A stretch of DNA of 64,000 bases, taken from positions 150,467-214,466 of the forward strand of contig RBZT01000267.1 of assembly GCA_003693705.1 (NCBI GenBank), given 5' to 3'. Shown piece by piece: positions 26,678 through 39,809 of this stretch. The DNA is from Polymyxa betae A26-41 (Eukaryota > Protista > Endomyxa: Phytomyxea). The notes under the pieces are model-generated. The model searched no databases, was not told where the DNA came from, and worked only from the letters and a program-made list of their open reading frames with translations. The position numbers were made by a program, and so were the translations under genes. Position 1 is the first letter of the stretch; each line of letters begins with the position of its first letter.

Positions 26678-29154
26678 TTATTGTGTATATCCCAGGTATG
26701 TATTGCTAGTAGACGGCGTTTTCTTCACCACGCCACCGCTATCGCGTGATTTCGACGACAACGGGGGCGAAATCGAGTCGGGACCATCGAGCAATTTTAC
26801 AGATTGTGTTGGTTGGATGTATTCGATGCCAAGTTTGACCATCTTTTTACGGATATGGTTCTTGAGCTCAGTGTCTGCTATCCTGAATGAACCACCATCA
26901 ACATAAGAATAGACAGACTCGACTCTGATCTCGAGCTCAACAGCAGATGTGACTGATAAATCGTTCAAGAACACGGTAACTCGAGGTTTCCAATCTATAG
27001 CCAACATTTTGTCGTCTGGCATTATAATACTGAGTATTCTTACGTTCCGAGTTTTGAACGGTGTATTTCAAGATCGACGCTTTCAGTCTTTCAAGAGCTT
27101 CGGCTCTTGTATCCAGTCGGATTTGCATAGCTATTCGGGTTATGCATCCGAAACTATTTGTAAGATTCACCTAAATAAATAATATCATTATAAATCCTAG
27201 AAAATGCTCTATGGACTTACAATTGGCAAATCGGCCAACATCAGATTTGAATATCGTACAAGTTTGTTGACACTATCTTTGAACTTTGTCTCGAGTAAGC
27301 CGATCTGAAAGACTTGATACCAAGTCCCGTTAATATTAACGGCGTCGTTTACTTGATAAGGCTTCGTGCCAAAGACGAACTATAAGAAACGTTCTTCAGA
27401 GCTCAACATTATCCAAAATGTCACATTTACCACAACGCTCTCTACTGCTCTGCTAATTGTTTTGCTTAAAGCAAACGAAACACCAAGAACCAGAGCCGAA
27501 ATTGCGGTTACGAGTTGATTTAGTTCATAGCCAAATATATTGCAAACAATGACGATCATCAGTACCCAGAATATGGTTGATATGAAAGTGTTCATGAGAT
27601 AAGATAAATTTGCGAAACTCTGCAAACGGTTTGCAAGCACAGACCGGGTATTGATGATAGATTTAAATGCAGAAACAAACTGTTCCTTGTTGACGCGTTT
27701 GCTTTGTAAAGCGTTTCCTTGCCTTAAGAACATCAGCCGAAAGCTTTGAACGGCAAGAGCAGGAGTCTAAAGAAGATCAACTTCAAGGGAAAACTTGAGT
27801 CAATAGCTCTTACTTCAAAATAGGAAACAAAAGTTTGTAGATCGACTGTTTGTGCTTGGATTCGATTCGAATCCTCCAATATGTTGTTGAAAATGATCTC
27901 AGCTAAAAGACCCATGTCTTTTGTATTCGCTACTTCAATGGACGACTCGGCCGAAAATAGCCATTGTTCACGATGATGACAAAGTGGAAATAGAAGAGGA
28001 GTCTTACTGTAAGCAAACGCAGACATTCAGAAATCAACTCTTCAAACCCAAACGGTCCTACCGGATTGACTCTACATATGACATCATAAAATCACGATTA
28101 GAGCGTTGCTGAAGAATCTGAACAAAAACAGCTCTATCAGCATCATTGCGACAGCACAACCTGAGCATAATATTCTCCAGAAACACCATTGCTTCGATGC
28201 GTTTACCGAACGATTTCTCGGTTGCCCACATATCAAACAATTCGTTAAACATGTTTCGAATAACTAATAGGATTCCAACAACATAAATGGAGGTCAAGAT
28301 CGAATTCGCATAAAACACTTCAGTCGAATTAAAAGTGGAAGTGTCAAGCCACCAGTTTAGTACAAGGCTTTGCATCAAGATTGCTGCAGCAACGTTTAGT
28401 TGGGAAATGACGTTCAATTGGCAACGAATACCCATTAATACGGCCCTGACATATCCTGACGCCGAATTTTGAATCAGGGGAAATAACCACAACGGAGAGG
28501 AAATAATGAGACCTGCAACACGTAGAAATGCGATTTCCACGAGATACGACACCAATACGGCAATGGCAATCTAAATTTCATATCAACAATCAAACTTCTA
28601 TCAATGAAACCCATACAGACGATGCCAGGTATCGCTGACCAGATCCAAGGTTCGTTTCCAGACGGGTTATTCAAACTGGCGCTATTGGCAAAAAAGAAGA
28701 GACCGGCGGTAATCAAGAAGCTTGCAACGACTAGAAACACAAGCAAAAAACGATGTGAAACCCAGATAACGACGCGATCCCAAGTTTTCAAGTTTCTCCT
28801 TTCTTCGGACAGAATAGAATCGCAATCCTCGAAAATGTCCACGACCATTGCTGTCAAAGGCGCCGTTGTATGGTTGACAGATAAAGTCTGCGTCTCGTCC
28901 CATCGTTCTTCTTCTGCCAAAAGAGCATCGTGCAAATCATTGATATTGCTGGAATGTCGTCTGACTTCCAGGTTTAAACTCTGACCGATCCCGGTAGATT
29001 GGGGTAGAGCTAGAAGCTGATCGAGGTTCGATCGCTTCTCTTCATCTGCCTCATGCTGGGGGGGTTCTGAAGTGATTAACCGATAGTCGCCAGTGACGAC
29101 TCGGATATCGATCTGGTCTGGATGGCGGTCCTTGGGGTCGATACCAGATGACAT
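26678..29154 (-). CDS. MscS-like mechanosensitive ion channel, copy 2 (tandem paralog)
   Basis: SFALSKTISRAVESVV..FGTKPYQVNDAVNINGTWYQVFQIGLLET; C-terminus VELEIRVESVYSYVDGGSFRIADTELKNHIRKKM nearly identical to copy 1. Confidence 0.85.
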
Positions 29155-29304
29155 TAATGTACACAGACTGCTTTTACAGAGACAGCAGTGATTATGCTGC
29201 TTACTGCAGTCATTCACCCAAGGTCGTATGCAATGTTGGGCTGCGCTCAATTTCATGTCTGTATTGGCGAAATAAATACTAGATACAGGCTACTGTCCTG
29301 CTAC

Positions 29305-29731
29305 CTAGTCGCTGGATGCCGCCTTCTGTAAGTCCTGTTAAGTAACCATTGAATATCAGTAAATCCACTGACCGGAGAAACAAGTGGCTCCTGGATTTGG
29401 CTGAGCTTCTCTTCGATTCGGTCCAACCTGCTTTTTAGATCTCGGTTGTCGTCTGCAATGCGGTTCATCAAATCCACTTCAGGCGTTCGCGTTGTCATAT
29501 CGACTGCTTTGCCCATGGTCACGATAGTTTTGCCGAGATCTCCAAGCGACTCCATAGCCTGATTCGCATTCTTTTCGGCCTCGGTTTTCTGTTAAACTTT
29601 CAGCAAAGTAATCCTCACTAGAACGAAAAGATTTCACCAACGGCGGTCATGCGATAGATAAAGTACGACAGACCTACGGCGGAGCAAGCGCCGGCGAAGA
29701 TCAAGAGATCTTTGGGACGAACTGAACCCAT
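29305..29731 (-). CDS. Small protein with N-terminal TM anchor and coiled coil (three exons)
   Basis: MGSVRPKDLLIFAGACSAVGLSYFIYRMTA|FNRKTEAEKNANQAMESLGDLG...DLKSRLDRIEEKLSQIQEPL|DLQKAASSD*. Confidence 0.65.
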
Positions 29732-29926
29732 TTTGAAAGCACTAAATTAGCATTGATTAGATGAAAACCCGTGAATATAATGCCAGTATTGTCTCGATTA
29801 ACGGCATGTGATTTGTGAAATCTTCGTATTTATTCGTCCGTGAGTCTGGACTTTTCCTCTGACTCGAAACTTTCTGCGTTACTCATTTCAAAGTGTGTTT
29901 TTCATTGTGTGTCCTTAACAAGCGAC

Positions 29927-32736
29927 ATGGGCACCAGTGTAATGGGGGCAATTCCAGATATTGGACCGGGTATGTGTTCTGTATATACTTTTTATAATGG
30001 TATCACTTCTGTCGTCTGATGTGCTCTCTCAGACCAAATCCCAAACTCGTTTCCTGTTTATTCGCTGATCACGCCCCTGCTCATCAATCTCGCAATTGGT
30101 ATCTTGACTTTGGTCGGCTTCTGGATCGCTAGCGCTAGTTCGCCCTGGTGCTACAAACCCAGGCAATGTCGTCCAACTGAAAACGGCAGGCGACAGGCAC
30201 CGCCTGCGATCTCGTTCAAAAAGTTATCCTGGATCAAAACCATGTTCAGTTTAAGCGAAGCTGAATTAGCAAGAATCTGTGGGCTTGATGCATTGATGCT
30301 AATAAGGTTTCATCAATTAGGCCTGCGATTCTTCTTGCCTGTGGCCATTGTATGTGATTCTATTAGATCACAATCCCATTGAACTCAATCGTAATTTCTA
30401 GCTAGGATTAACAGTTCTAATACCAGTTAATGTGGTTAGCTCAGAAATAGCTTCTGTGATTACATTTGGTGATCTATCTATTAGTCATGTTCCCGATGGG
30501 TAAACATACCGCCTTGCATTTGTCTCTTCAGTGTCTGATAATGTAACAGATCGTCGTATTTATGGGTCCATTTCATTATGACCTGTGTATTTACTGCTTA
30601 TCTATTCGTGCTATTGGATCACGAAGTGCATGCTTACCTACGTTTACGACACACTTACTATCTTCTGCCAGACCAACATCATGGTCCCCGTCCTGATCAG
30701 TTATCGATCTGTATTCGACGTATTCCAACTTATCTTCGAACTGAAGATAACGTCAACCGATATTTCCGGGAACGATTCAATGATAAGTTGGCAGCAGCTG
30801 TTATCGTCCGCGATCGCAGCGTTGTGATTGCACTTACCAAGCAGCAAGAGCATGCCCGACGACAATTAGAAATTGCATACATGAAATGGTCTCGCAGGTC
30901 TGTCAGCCTGGAAAGTCGGCCGCAGATTCGCATTCCATCCATTATCGGGCAGAAACGAGATGCGATCAATTATTGGAGTTATGAGATCGACCGCATTCAA
31001 GAAGAGATCGACGAACGACTACGAGGACCCTCGAATATGGCTTCTGTTGGTTTTGTGACATTGACATCATTTGAATCGGTTAATCTGGCTACTCGTATAC
31101 CGCTTTCTAACGATCCGAAGGCTATGGTTGCCTATCCAGCAATGGAACCTCGTGATGTGTAATACTCTTGCTCTTGTGCTTTCATTTGCTTGTTTAAAGA
31201 CTCTGTAGGTACTGGCCCAATATTCATTTATCTTCCATGCAAAGGCAAACCCGATCGGTTTTAGCTAAGATAGCGCTTTATATGCTGATAGCATTCTGGA
31301 CGATTCCTGTCGCTGCTGGTCAGTTGTGCTGTCTGCTACTTGTATCGTCTCTGATGTTTGTTTCGCAGTGATCTCTCTCGCTTCACCTGATACTCTCCCG
31401 CAATATATTCCATTCATTGCTCCGATTTTTCGAGTTTCTCCTTTTTTGAAAGCCTTCTGGAATCAGTTTCTGCCTTCAATCTGCATCTTAGTATTTCAGT
31501 TGCTTTTGCCCCCGATTTTGCTCTCTCTCTCTAAAGCGCAGGGATGCACATCGAAGTCTACTTTGCAAATCAGTGTCTTCACCAAATTTTTTTTATTTCA
31601 ATTCTTCAACTTCTTCTTAGTAACGGTGATCTCCGGATCACTGTTTGATACTTTAACCGAAATTATCGAGAATCCAATCAGGACGCCTTTTCTACTGGGT
31701 CGTGCCGTTCCAATGCAAGCAGCTACCTTTATTGCTTATGTGTATGTGCTCACATTATGGCATTATCGATTATATCTGAGTGCTTCGCATTAGGCTCTTA
31801 CAGAGTTTAGCGAGAGTCCCATTACAGCTTCTACGAATTGGTGATCTGCTTCTGGGTTGGTTGCGACTCAAGTTTTTTGTAAAAACACCAGAAGACGTTA
31901 TCAAGGCAACAGCTCCCGGGTCGTTTCAGTTTGCGCGAGAGTGGCCAATGCATATATTTATCTTTATGTTTGGCTTTGCATATGCTGAAATTACACCTTT
32001 AATTTTACCATGCACTGCACTATTCTTTGCTGTTAGTTCGTTCGTTTTCAGGTGTGTCCAGAATTCATTCCTTTCATGCTCTGTTTGCTAAATCGTTCCA
32101 GATATTTATTAGTATTCATTCACGAACCAAAATTTGAAAGCGGAGGTATTTTTTACTTTGATTTTACGATTTAGAGATAAAAGTATTTAGGCCGTATGTT
32201 CCCCTTAATGCTTTCCCGACTAATTGCTGGCGTTATAATCGGTCTCCTGACTTTAATAGGAATGTTTGCTCTAAAGAAGGTCTGGTTGCTTCATTTATGT
32301 GTTCATCTGTTTATCTGATGTTACTTAGGGTTTAGGTCAGTCTGTGTTGCTGGCGATTTTGGTACCTTTGACGCTGCTGTTCCACAATCGATGCCAGAAA
32401 ATAATACAAATCTGGGAGAGCTTGAGTGTTGAAGAGGTTTTCTGGGACTATGTACATTGAATCGTTTGATTTATTTTTCTGTAGGTGCTTGAGTTGGACA
32501 AATGCCCCAGATTTGATGTTGCCAAGTTTACAAAAGAAGCTGCAATCTTTTATCGGCAGCCATGTGCTGTTAGAGCTCCATTACGTAGTGACGACGTTAT
32601 CCGGGATTTGCAAATGTCTGAAAAATCTCTGAGGGAGATACCTCAAGTGCAAGCTATCAAGTCTTTAATAGAGTTAAGAAAACGCCAACTCAGTGAACGC
32701 GATCTGAAGCATTGCTCATTTGATTCATTGGCTTGA
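29927..32736 (+). CDS. OSCA/TMEM63 (CSC1-like) mechanosensitive calcium-permeable channel
   Basis: CGLDALMLIRF; SICIRRIP; GFVTLTS..PAMEPRDV|YWPNI; KFFLFQFFNFFLVTVISGS; FGFAYAEITPLILP; EPKFESGG. Confidence 0.92.
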
Positions 32737-33013
32737 TTTTTCCTTCAAAAAATTCGCTCCGTCCATCTACCTAATGCTAATTTATCCAATACGATGTCAG
32801 TCAATGCTGTTTAGGGTCTGCTGATTGTTTACATAAATTCATCCTGCACGTCAGAAATTGTTTCGATGAGGGCCTAAAGTCAATTATACAATGCCAATTC
32901 GTCGTACAATCAGGACATCGTCGAATAACGTTAAGATGTTCTGCAGAATGGAGGTTAATGATCAATTAATTTTTTAGACTTCGGTTTCTTTCTTCTGAAA
33001 AGCTGGTAAGTGT

Positions 33014-35649
33014 TTAAATGAAATCATTCTGTGATTGCCTGCGTGATTCTTTTGCGAATCTTTTGCACTTTGCCAGCAGAAACATCAACGATGCTGGTGT
33101 AAGACCTTGTATCTTATTGGCTTCGCCAATGGTCTTGGGTTTGAATCGCTTCAATTTTTCAACTTCTTCTTTGCTGAGAAATCCGGTTTGCTCTAACGGA
33201 AAACCCTCAGGAATGACGACCTCTTCGTCATCCCTTAGGCTGTTAATTTCAGCGGATTGCCTACGAAGATATGTCGCATATTTCATTTCAACTTCTAGAG
33301 TCTCTCTAATGTTTTCAGGAACCTAGAGGTCAATTAAAAATTAGAAATTCAACAAACGCTGCCAACTTGTGACTTTAATTCAGGTACAGCATTGAGTAAA
33401 GTTGACATCGTGACATCAGCAAACCCATCAAACATGGTTGCTGCCGATCGCATCCTATCGATTTATCAGTGGCGTCATTTTCACGAAGTTAGGCTGGTAA
33501 CAAACTTTCCGTCTCGTGATATTTGAATATTGAGGATACGGCTCCATTCTTGAGGCGAATGCATATAATCATTGAGGGCGCGTCGAGCTTTATCCAGCTA
33601 GGGGTTGTTAACATCACGTGACAAGATACCACAATGCAATTACTTGATTAAGCTTGTCAGTAAAATGCCGAGTTCTTCTAGAGCTACCACAATTGGCTTG
33701 TATACCAATTGGGGTTAATCTTGTATCTGCATTATCCGACCTGCAGACAAGGTAAGAGAAGATATGATCTATAACACGATTGATACCGCAATGAAAGTCG
33801 ATATTCCGATCGGGAGGTGAATACACGATAGGGCTCATCTGCACCTTTTGTTACAAGATCATCAACTAAAACGCCAATGTAGCTGCTGCAGCTGGAATGT
33901 AACTTTTAAATGTTAACCTGAGCTCAAAGAGAGATATAACTAACCGATCTAAAACAATGGGCGGTAACCCTGCTGCATTCCGACCAGCATTGATACCTGC
34001 GTATACTCCTTGTGCACCAGCTTCCTCATATCCTGTTGTACCATTGATTTGACCAGCGAGAAATAATCCTGAATATTACAAGTTTGATCCTTGACGTACT
34101 ATCTCGAAAAAGATGGTATACCTTTAACAAATCGTGTCTCCAACGTATTGTGCAGCTGACGGGGATCCACAAAATCGTATTCTACCGCATATCCAGGCGT
34201 CGTCATTACGACATTCTCCAGCCCCGGAATAGTACGTAATATTTCAAGCTGGATATCAGCAGGGAATCCTAGAAATCGCATTTGAATGGGGTTTTTTGAG
34301 TCAAAACAATGCTATACCGGTACTAAGGCCATTAGGATAGACCAGATGGGTTTTCACACCTTCAGGTTCCAGCCAAATCTGATGTCGGCTGCGATCAGGA
34401 AAACGACGAATTTTGCCTTCTAAAGAAGGGCAGTATCGAGGTCCTGTTAGTACAATCAGGGATGGTTACACTCTATACATTGGTACGACCTCGTCCAGCA
34501 TGATAAATTGATGGCAACTGATGGATATTGTTGGCAATGATTTCATGACTTGCAGGCACTGTATGAGTCTTGTAGCAATCTATCAATTGGTTTTTTAAGT
34601 GAACGGTCTCATTTAAAAACGAGAAAGGGATTGGCGGGTCGTCACTAGTTTGTACTGTAAAGAGTATTGAATCAAAGCGAATCAAAGAGTGATATTCAGA
34701 TTGAAACCTTCCATCGACGAGTAGTCAATAGTTCTACCATCGAGACGGGGCGGCGTAGCGGTGGTCAATCGGTTCAGTCTAAAACCCAGCCTCTCGAACG
34801 TCTGGCTGAGCTTCGTGCAAGCTGCATCTCCAATTCGTCCACCTGTCACGAATCAATTAAACAGAGCAATCAGCACTACTGAAACAATCTTACCAAGTTC
34901 TTTTTTAACGGGGCCCATATGTAGGACACCTCTTAAAAATGTACCGGTTGTCACGATAACTTGTGAGCAAAATATCGTATCATTTGAGTTCAATACGACA
35001 CCTGTCCAAACATTGTTATTAGATGGCATTGGCTCTCAAAAATTAAACCTTTAATGGCGCCGTTCTCGACAAGAATATCAGCCGCACCGCCTTCCACGAT
35101 TTGTAAATTAGGGAAACTTTCCAGATGTTCGAGCACTGCCTGCCTGATTTCTGAGCTATTAATCACAATGCTTTGCAAATTCACATGATGATTACCTGTA
35201 AAGATCCCGATCAGCTTGAGCTCGGGGTCCTTGAACGGCTTGACCTTTGGATCGGTTTAAGATTCGAAACTGAATTCCAGCACGATCTATAGCCTGGCCC
35301 ATTACTCCATCCAATGCATCAATCTCTCTAGTCAGCACCCCTTTACCGATGCCACCTGATGGATTCCAGATTTTAGATTCCTTCGTGTAAAAAGCTTGTT
35401 AATACCAATTGCAGGATTGCAACTCATGACTCCAATCGTATTGCGTTTGTGAGTGAGCAATACTACTCCAGCGCCAACACGAGCAGCAGCTGCAGCCTAT
35501 CATTACTCAATGAGATGGTGGCAGACAGCAGAACCAGAACGAACAGCTTCTGAGCCTGCATGCCCTCCACCAATGACAACGACATCAGCAAACTTCTCAG
35601 TAAACTTTGATACTGATGACAATGCTCTCTGATAGGTCTGTCCGATCAT
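33014..35649 (-). CDS. MTO1: tRNA uridine 5-carboxymethylaminomethyl modification enzyme MnmG/GidA (mitochondrial MTO1)
   Basis: [14 protein letters not shown]; [13 protein letters not shown]; [10 protein letters not shown]; GPRYCPSLE; PGYAVEYD; [12 protein letters not shown]. Confidence 0.95.
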
Positions 35650-36437
35650 GAATGTAACAGTATCAAGTACTGCTCTGTTCGTATTCAATAATATAGGGAG
35701 AGGACTCCCGCATCTATTCACAACTATATCATTCACATTTCACATATCAATGCAAACGATAACAGACCATTCCCAACTTGCATTGTTCACCACGTGGGTA
35801 TATCAGCCTGCATCTGATTGCAGATTTCGTACTGAAAACTGATTCTCTGACGACATAGCTTGATTTTCTGACGACGTAGTGAATATTTTAAAACTTCCTC
35901 AAAAATGGATCATTAATAATCGTTAGTCGATATAAAATGTGGAAATTCAGCAAATTCAGCCAGAAGACAAACCTCCAGCTATCGCGCTGCATACAGTTGA
36001 CAACGAAACACTTTTTTTGTATTTGAATACACGATACGGTTGTCGGTGGAGAGTTTTCACTGCAATGATGAATATCATGTCCAGGTAAAACCATTGAGTT
36101 TGAACAGGTTAGTGACTGGGGTATTTCTATTACAAAAATGGAAAGTTCCAAGTCCAGAGGAGTATAAATGGCAAAAAAACAAAGAAGAGTATTGATAGAT
36201 AGTGTGGACGATGCGATTGAACTGCTTGAATCACTGATGAAATGAAAAACGAATGTTAACTTGAATATTGCAATGCTCAATGATGCATCAGATTCACACC
36301 ACAATGCTGTTGAGTAATTTTCGTGATGTACTGTTCTAAACCACATTCTATCAACCCTCTCTGAATACTGAACTAAGTCTTGGAGATCTTTTGAGATTTT
36401 GAGGGTTAGCCGTTCGGTGGTGTTTCTGGCGTGTTCC

Positions 36438-36464
36438 ATTGATTGGATTGGATTGGATTGGATT
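36438..36464. repeat. (GATTG)n / (CCAAT)n pentanucleotide array
   Basis: attgattggattggattggattggatt. Confidence 0.85.
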
Positions 36465-37238
36465 ATACTAGTTTTTGATGTTCCATTGAAAACTTTTGCT
36501 AAATATGACCCGGCGTTGGGGAGCTTCCCTAAATATGACGTTTTAAAACGACACCGAGGCGAATGACGAGAGGTTGTCGATATCTGGGTTTAGAATAATT
36601 GGTTTATTGGCTGGGAACTTAATTTGGAAGTTGCCTGCTTCCATTTCAGGTAGCTCTGTTGTTTGTAGCTGATAATGAACCTAAATTACTAAAATGACAT
36701 TCAGTTGATACTAACTCGTTTTGAGATTTCTGATTGTCATTGATAATGACCAAAATCTACCCAAGAGTTGGTATTAGTAACAATTTTGATGAAATTTGTT
36801 ATGGTTGATCATAAACAATGTATTGAAAAGTGAGTGGCCACTAATTTAATGAGATTTATGCTTGATAACGACATAAAACTGAACACAAATTGATACAATC
36901 TTATACGAGTCAGATGGCTAAGTCGTGAATTTTTTGCTACAGAAACGTGGCTTTAGGTCATGCAACTGCAGGAACAGCATCAGGACTGCAGTAGCGGGCA
37001 GGAAGCTGCAGATACAAGGATCTGCGACCGCTGGTTGCTGCCAAGAAGGTGCAGGCCCCCAGGGGGCTCGTGGGGCCAAGCAGATATGTTTGACGGTGTG
37101 TGGCCTGGCCTCGTGCCAAGTCACCAGTCAGTCCGCAGCTTAACATAATCTCCAGATCCTCAACTCCCGGGTAGTTTAGACTGCAAATCATCCGAATCAA
37201 GATACATCACCCTCATCTAGGCAGCAACTACAACGACC

Positions 37239-38264
37239 ATGTCTGAGGAGGGTGGTTTCTCAACTAAAAAGGGGAAGGACTTCAGCATTGTCGCCTTCTT
37301 GAAGGATTTGGCTGCCGGTGGTGTTGCTGGTGGTATTTCCAAGACTGTCGTCGCCCCTATCGAACGTGTCAAACTTCTTTTGCAAGTCCAGGCCGCTTCC
37401 ACTCAGATCAAGCCCGAAGATCAGTACAAGGGTATCGTTGACTGCTTTACTCGTGTCGCTCGTGATCAAGGTGTTCTCTCCCTGTGGAGAGGAAACTTGG
37501 CCAATGTGATCCGGTATTCTATTTAAAAGTTGTACTTTGGAATAATAACTGATTTTTATCAATCAGATACTTCCCCACTCAGGCACTAAACTTTGCTTTT
37601 AAAGACATTTACAAGCAAACGTTCGTCCCAAAATCCCGTCAGGAAATGGGATTCTGGCCGTTCTTCATGGGTAACTTGGCTTCGGGTGGTGCTGCTGGTG
37701 CCACTTCTTTGCTGTTTGTATACCCTCTTGATTTCGCTCGTACTCGTCTTGGTGCCGATGTCGGTAAGGGCAAGACCCGTCAGTTTACTGGTACGTCCAA
37801 TTCCATAATCCAGTTCTCTTTAAGTTAAGATTATTTTAGGTCTTGGTAACTGCATCTGGACCATCTACAAGGCGGATGGTCTCAAGGGTTTGTACACTGG
37901 TTTCGGTGTCTCCATGCAGGGAATTATCGTGTACCGAGCTGCCTTCTTCGGTGGTTATGACACTGCTAAATCTCTGGTTCTCTCTAAGGACAGTGGTATG
38001 TTCCAATCCTGGATGGTTGCCCAGGTTGTCACTACCTTGGCCGGTTTTGCCTCCTATCCATTCGATACGGTTCGTCGTCGAATGATGATGCAGTCTGGAC
38101 GTACCGGTGAACGTCTTTACAACGGCACCTTTGATTGCTGGAAGAAGATTGCTGCCAAAGAAGGTGGTGGTGCCTTCTTCAAGGGCGCCGGATCTAACGT
38201 CCTTCGTGGTACGGGTGGTGCCATTGTCCTGGTTCTTTATGATGAAATCAAAAAGTACCTCTAA
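37239..38264 (+). CDS. AAC: Mitochondrial ADP/ATP translocase (two introns)
   Basis: [24 protein letters not shown]; [10 protein letters not shown]|[13 protein letters not shown]; [15 protein letters not shown]. Confidence 0.98.
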
Positions 38265-38607
38265 GTCAGTGTTGGATTATTGTAAATGAATTAGCGACTT
38301 TTCAAATGTTAACTCAATCAAAATACAATGTGCCAATGTTTAGCCCAAACATCGCGAGATATTGTACCTGCAATTTTTTGTAGCATTCAGAAACATTTCA
38401 ATCTAATCTCGGTAAATACTCCTTGTCCACTTTCTGTTTGCAATCCAAGCCATGATAGAAGGATTATGTTTGTGTATCTCATCTTGATACTGAAATGTAT
38501 TTACTGCATGGAAGAGCCATACATGAGTGCGTAGATATCATTGTCAATGAGATCTCTGTAGACACTATTCAGTATTCATTTGTATATGTGCTTATTGGAA
38601 TATCATC

Positions 38608-39765
38608 ATGAAGAGCAAGGTTCTGCTCATGGGTAAATCTGGCAGTGGCAAGACATCCATGAGATCCATCATATTTGCCAACTATCTCGGTTAGCGTTTA
38701 TCGGTCTCCTGCCATGTCACCACTGAACTCGTCGTTAAGCAATTGGTACACAACGTCTATTACCCACTCTTGATGTCGAACATAATTATGTAATTTGGTG
38801 CTTTCGAAGTTTCTAAGAACTGTTGTCAATTTGTAATCAGGTTCGATTTCTGGGCAGTCTTGTATTAAATTTATGGGATTGTGGTGGTCAAGATCGATTT
38901 ATGGAGAATTACTTCAAATCACAACGTGATCACATCTTTCATAATGTCGAGGTTATCATTCTCAACCTTCAGATGTTAAGTGCTAATTTGACCCTAAACA
39001 GGTCTTAATCTATGTATTCGATGTCACGTCGAAAGAGCTACAGAAAGACCTCGAATACTTTCATGAATGTTTGGACGCCATTCGATCTATGTCGCCTGAT
39101 GCTAAGATCTTCTGTCTAATTCACAAGATGGATTTGATACCTACTCAGGCTGCTCGTAATGAAACATTTGAGCAACGCACATCTGAGCTTAGATCGGTGG
39201 CATCTGATCTTACTATCGATTGCTTTCAGACATCAATATGGGATGAGTCTCTATATAATGCCTGGTCCAGTATCGTCTATTCTCTTGTTCCAAATGTTTC
39301 AGGTCTTGAACGTCGACTTCGCGATTTCTGCCAGGTGACGAGCTTTTCGTTTCTGTCGAATTTGTCTAATACTGTCAATGTCAAGATTTGTGATGCTGAC
39401 GAAGCTGTTCTCTTTGAAAAAGCGACTTTCTTGGTGATCTCCCAACATGTCGTGAAAAATCATTGGGATCGGCACAGATTCGAAAAGATCAGCAACATTG
39501 TTAAACAGTTTAAACTTTCTTGTCGTAATACGCAAACACAATTCGACAATGTTGAAATCAGAAATACAAATTTCAATGCCTTTATCTCGTCATTCACATC
39601 GACGACCTTTATACTGTTGGTAATGAGCGACACCCGAATTCAAGTGAGTTAATCCTATCTGCTCTAAATTGAATTTCTCAATCGTGTTGTTGATTTCAGC
39701 CTGCAGCTACGTTTATCAACATTGAAGCTGCTAAACCTGTCTTCGAATCGCTTTTACAGAATTAA
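38608..39765 (+). CDS. RRAGA: Ras-related GTP-binding protein RagA/Gtr1
   Basis: [23 protein letters not shown]; NLWDCGGQD; LIHKMDL; TSIWDESLY; [16 protein letters not shown]. Confidence 0.96.
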
Positions 39766-39809
39766 ATAAATATTCATGAAGATCGTCATAGTACCGTTTG
39801 TTGATATCG

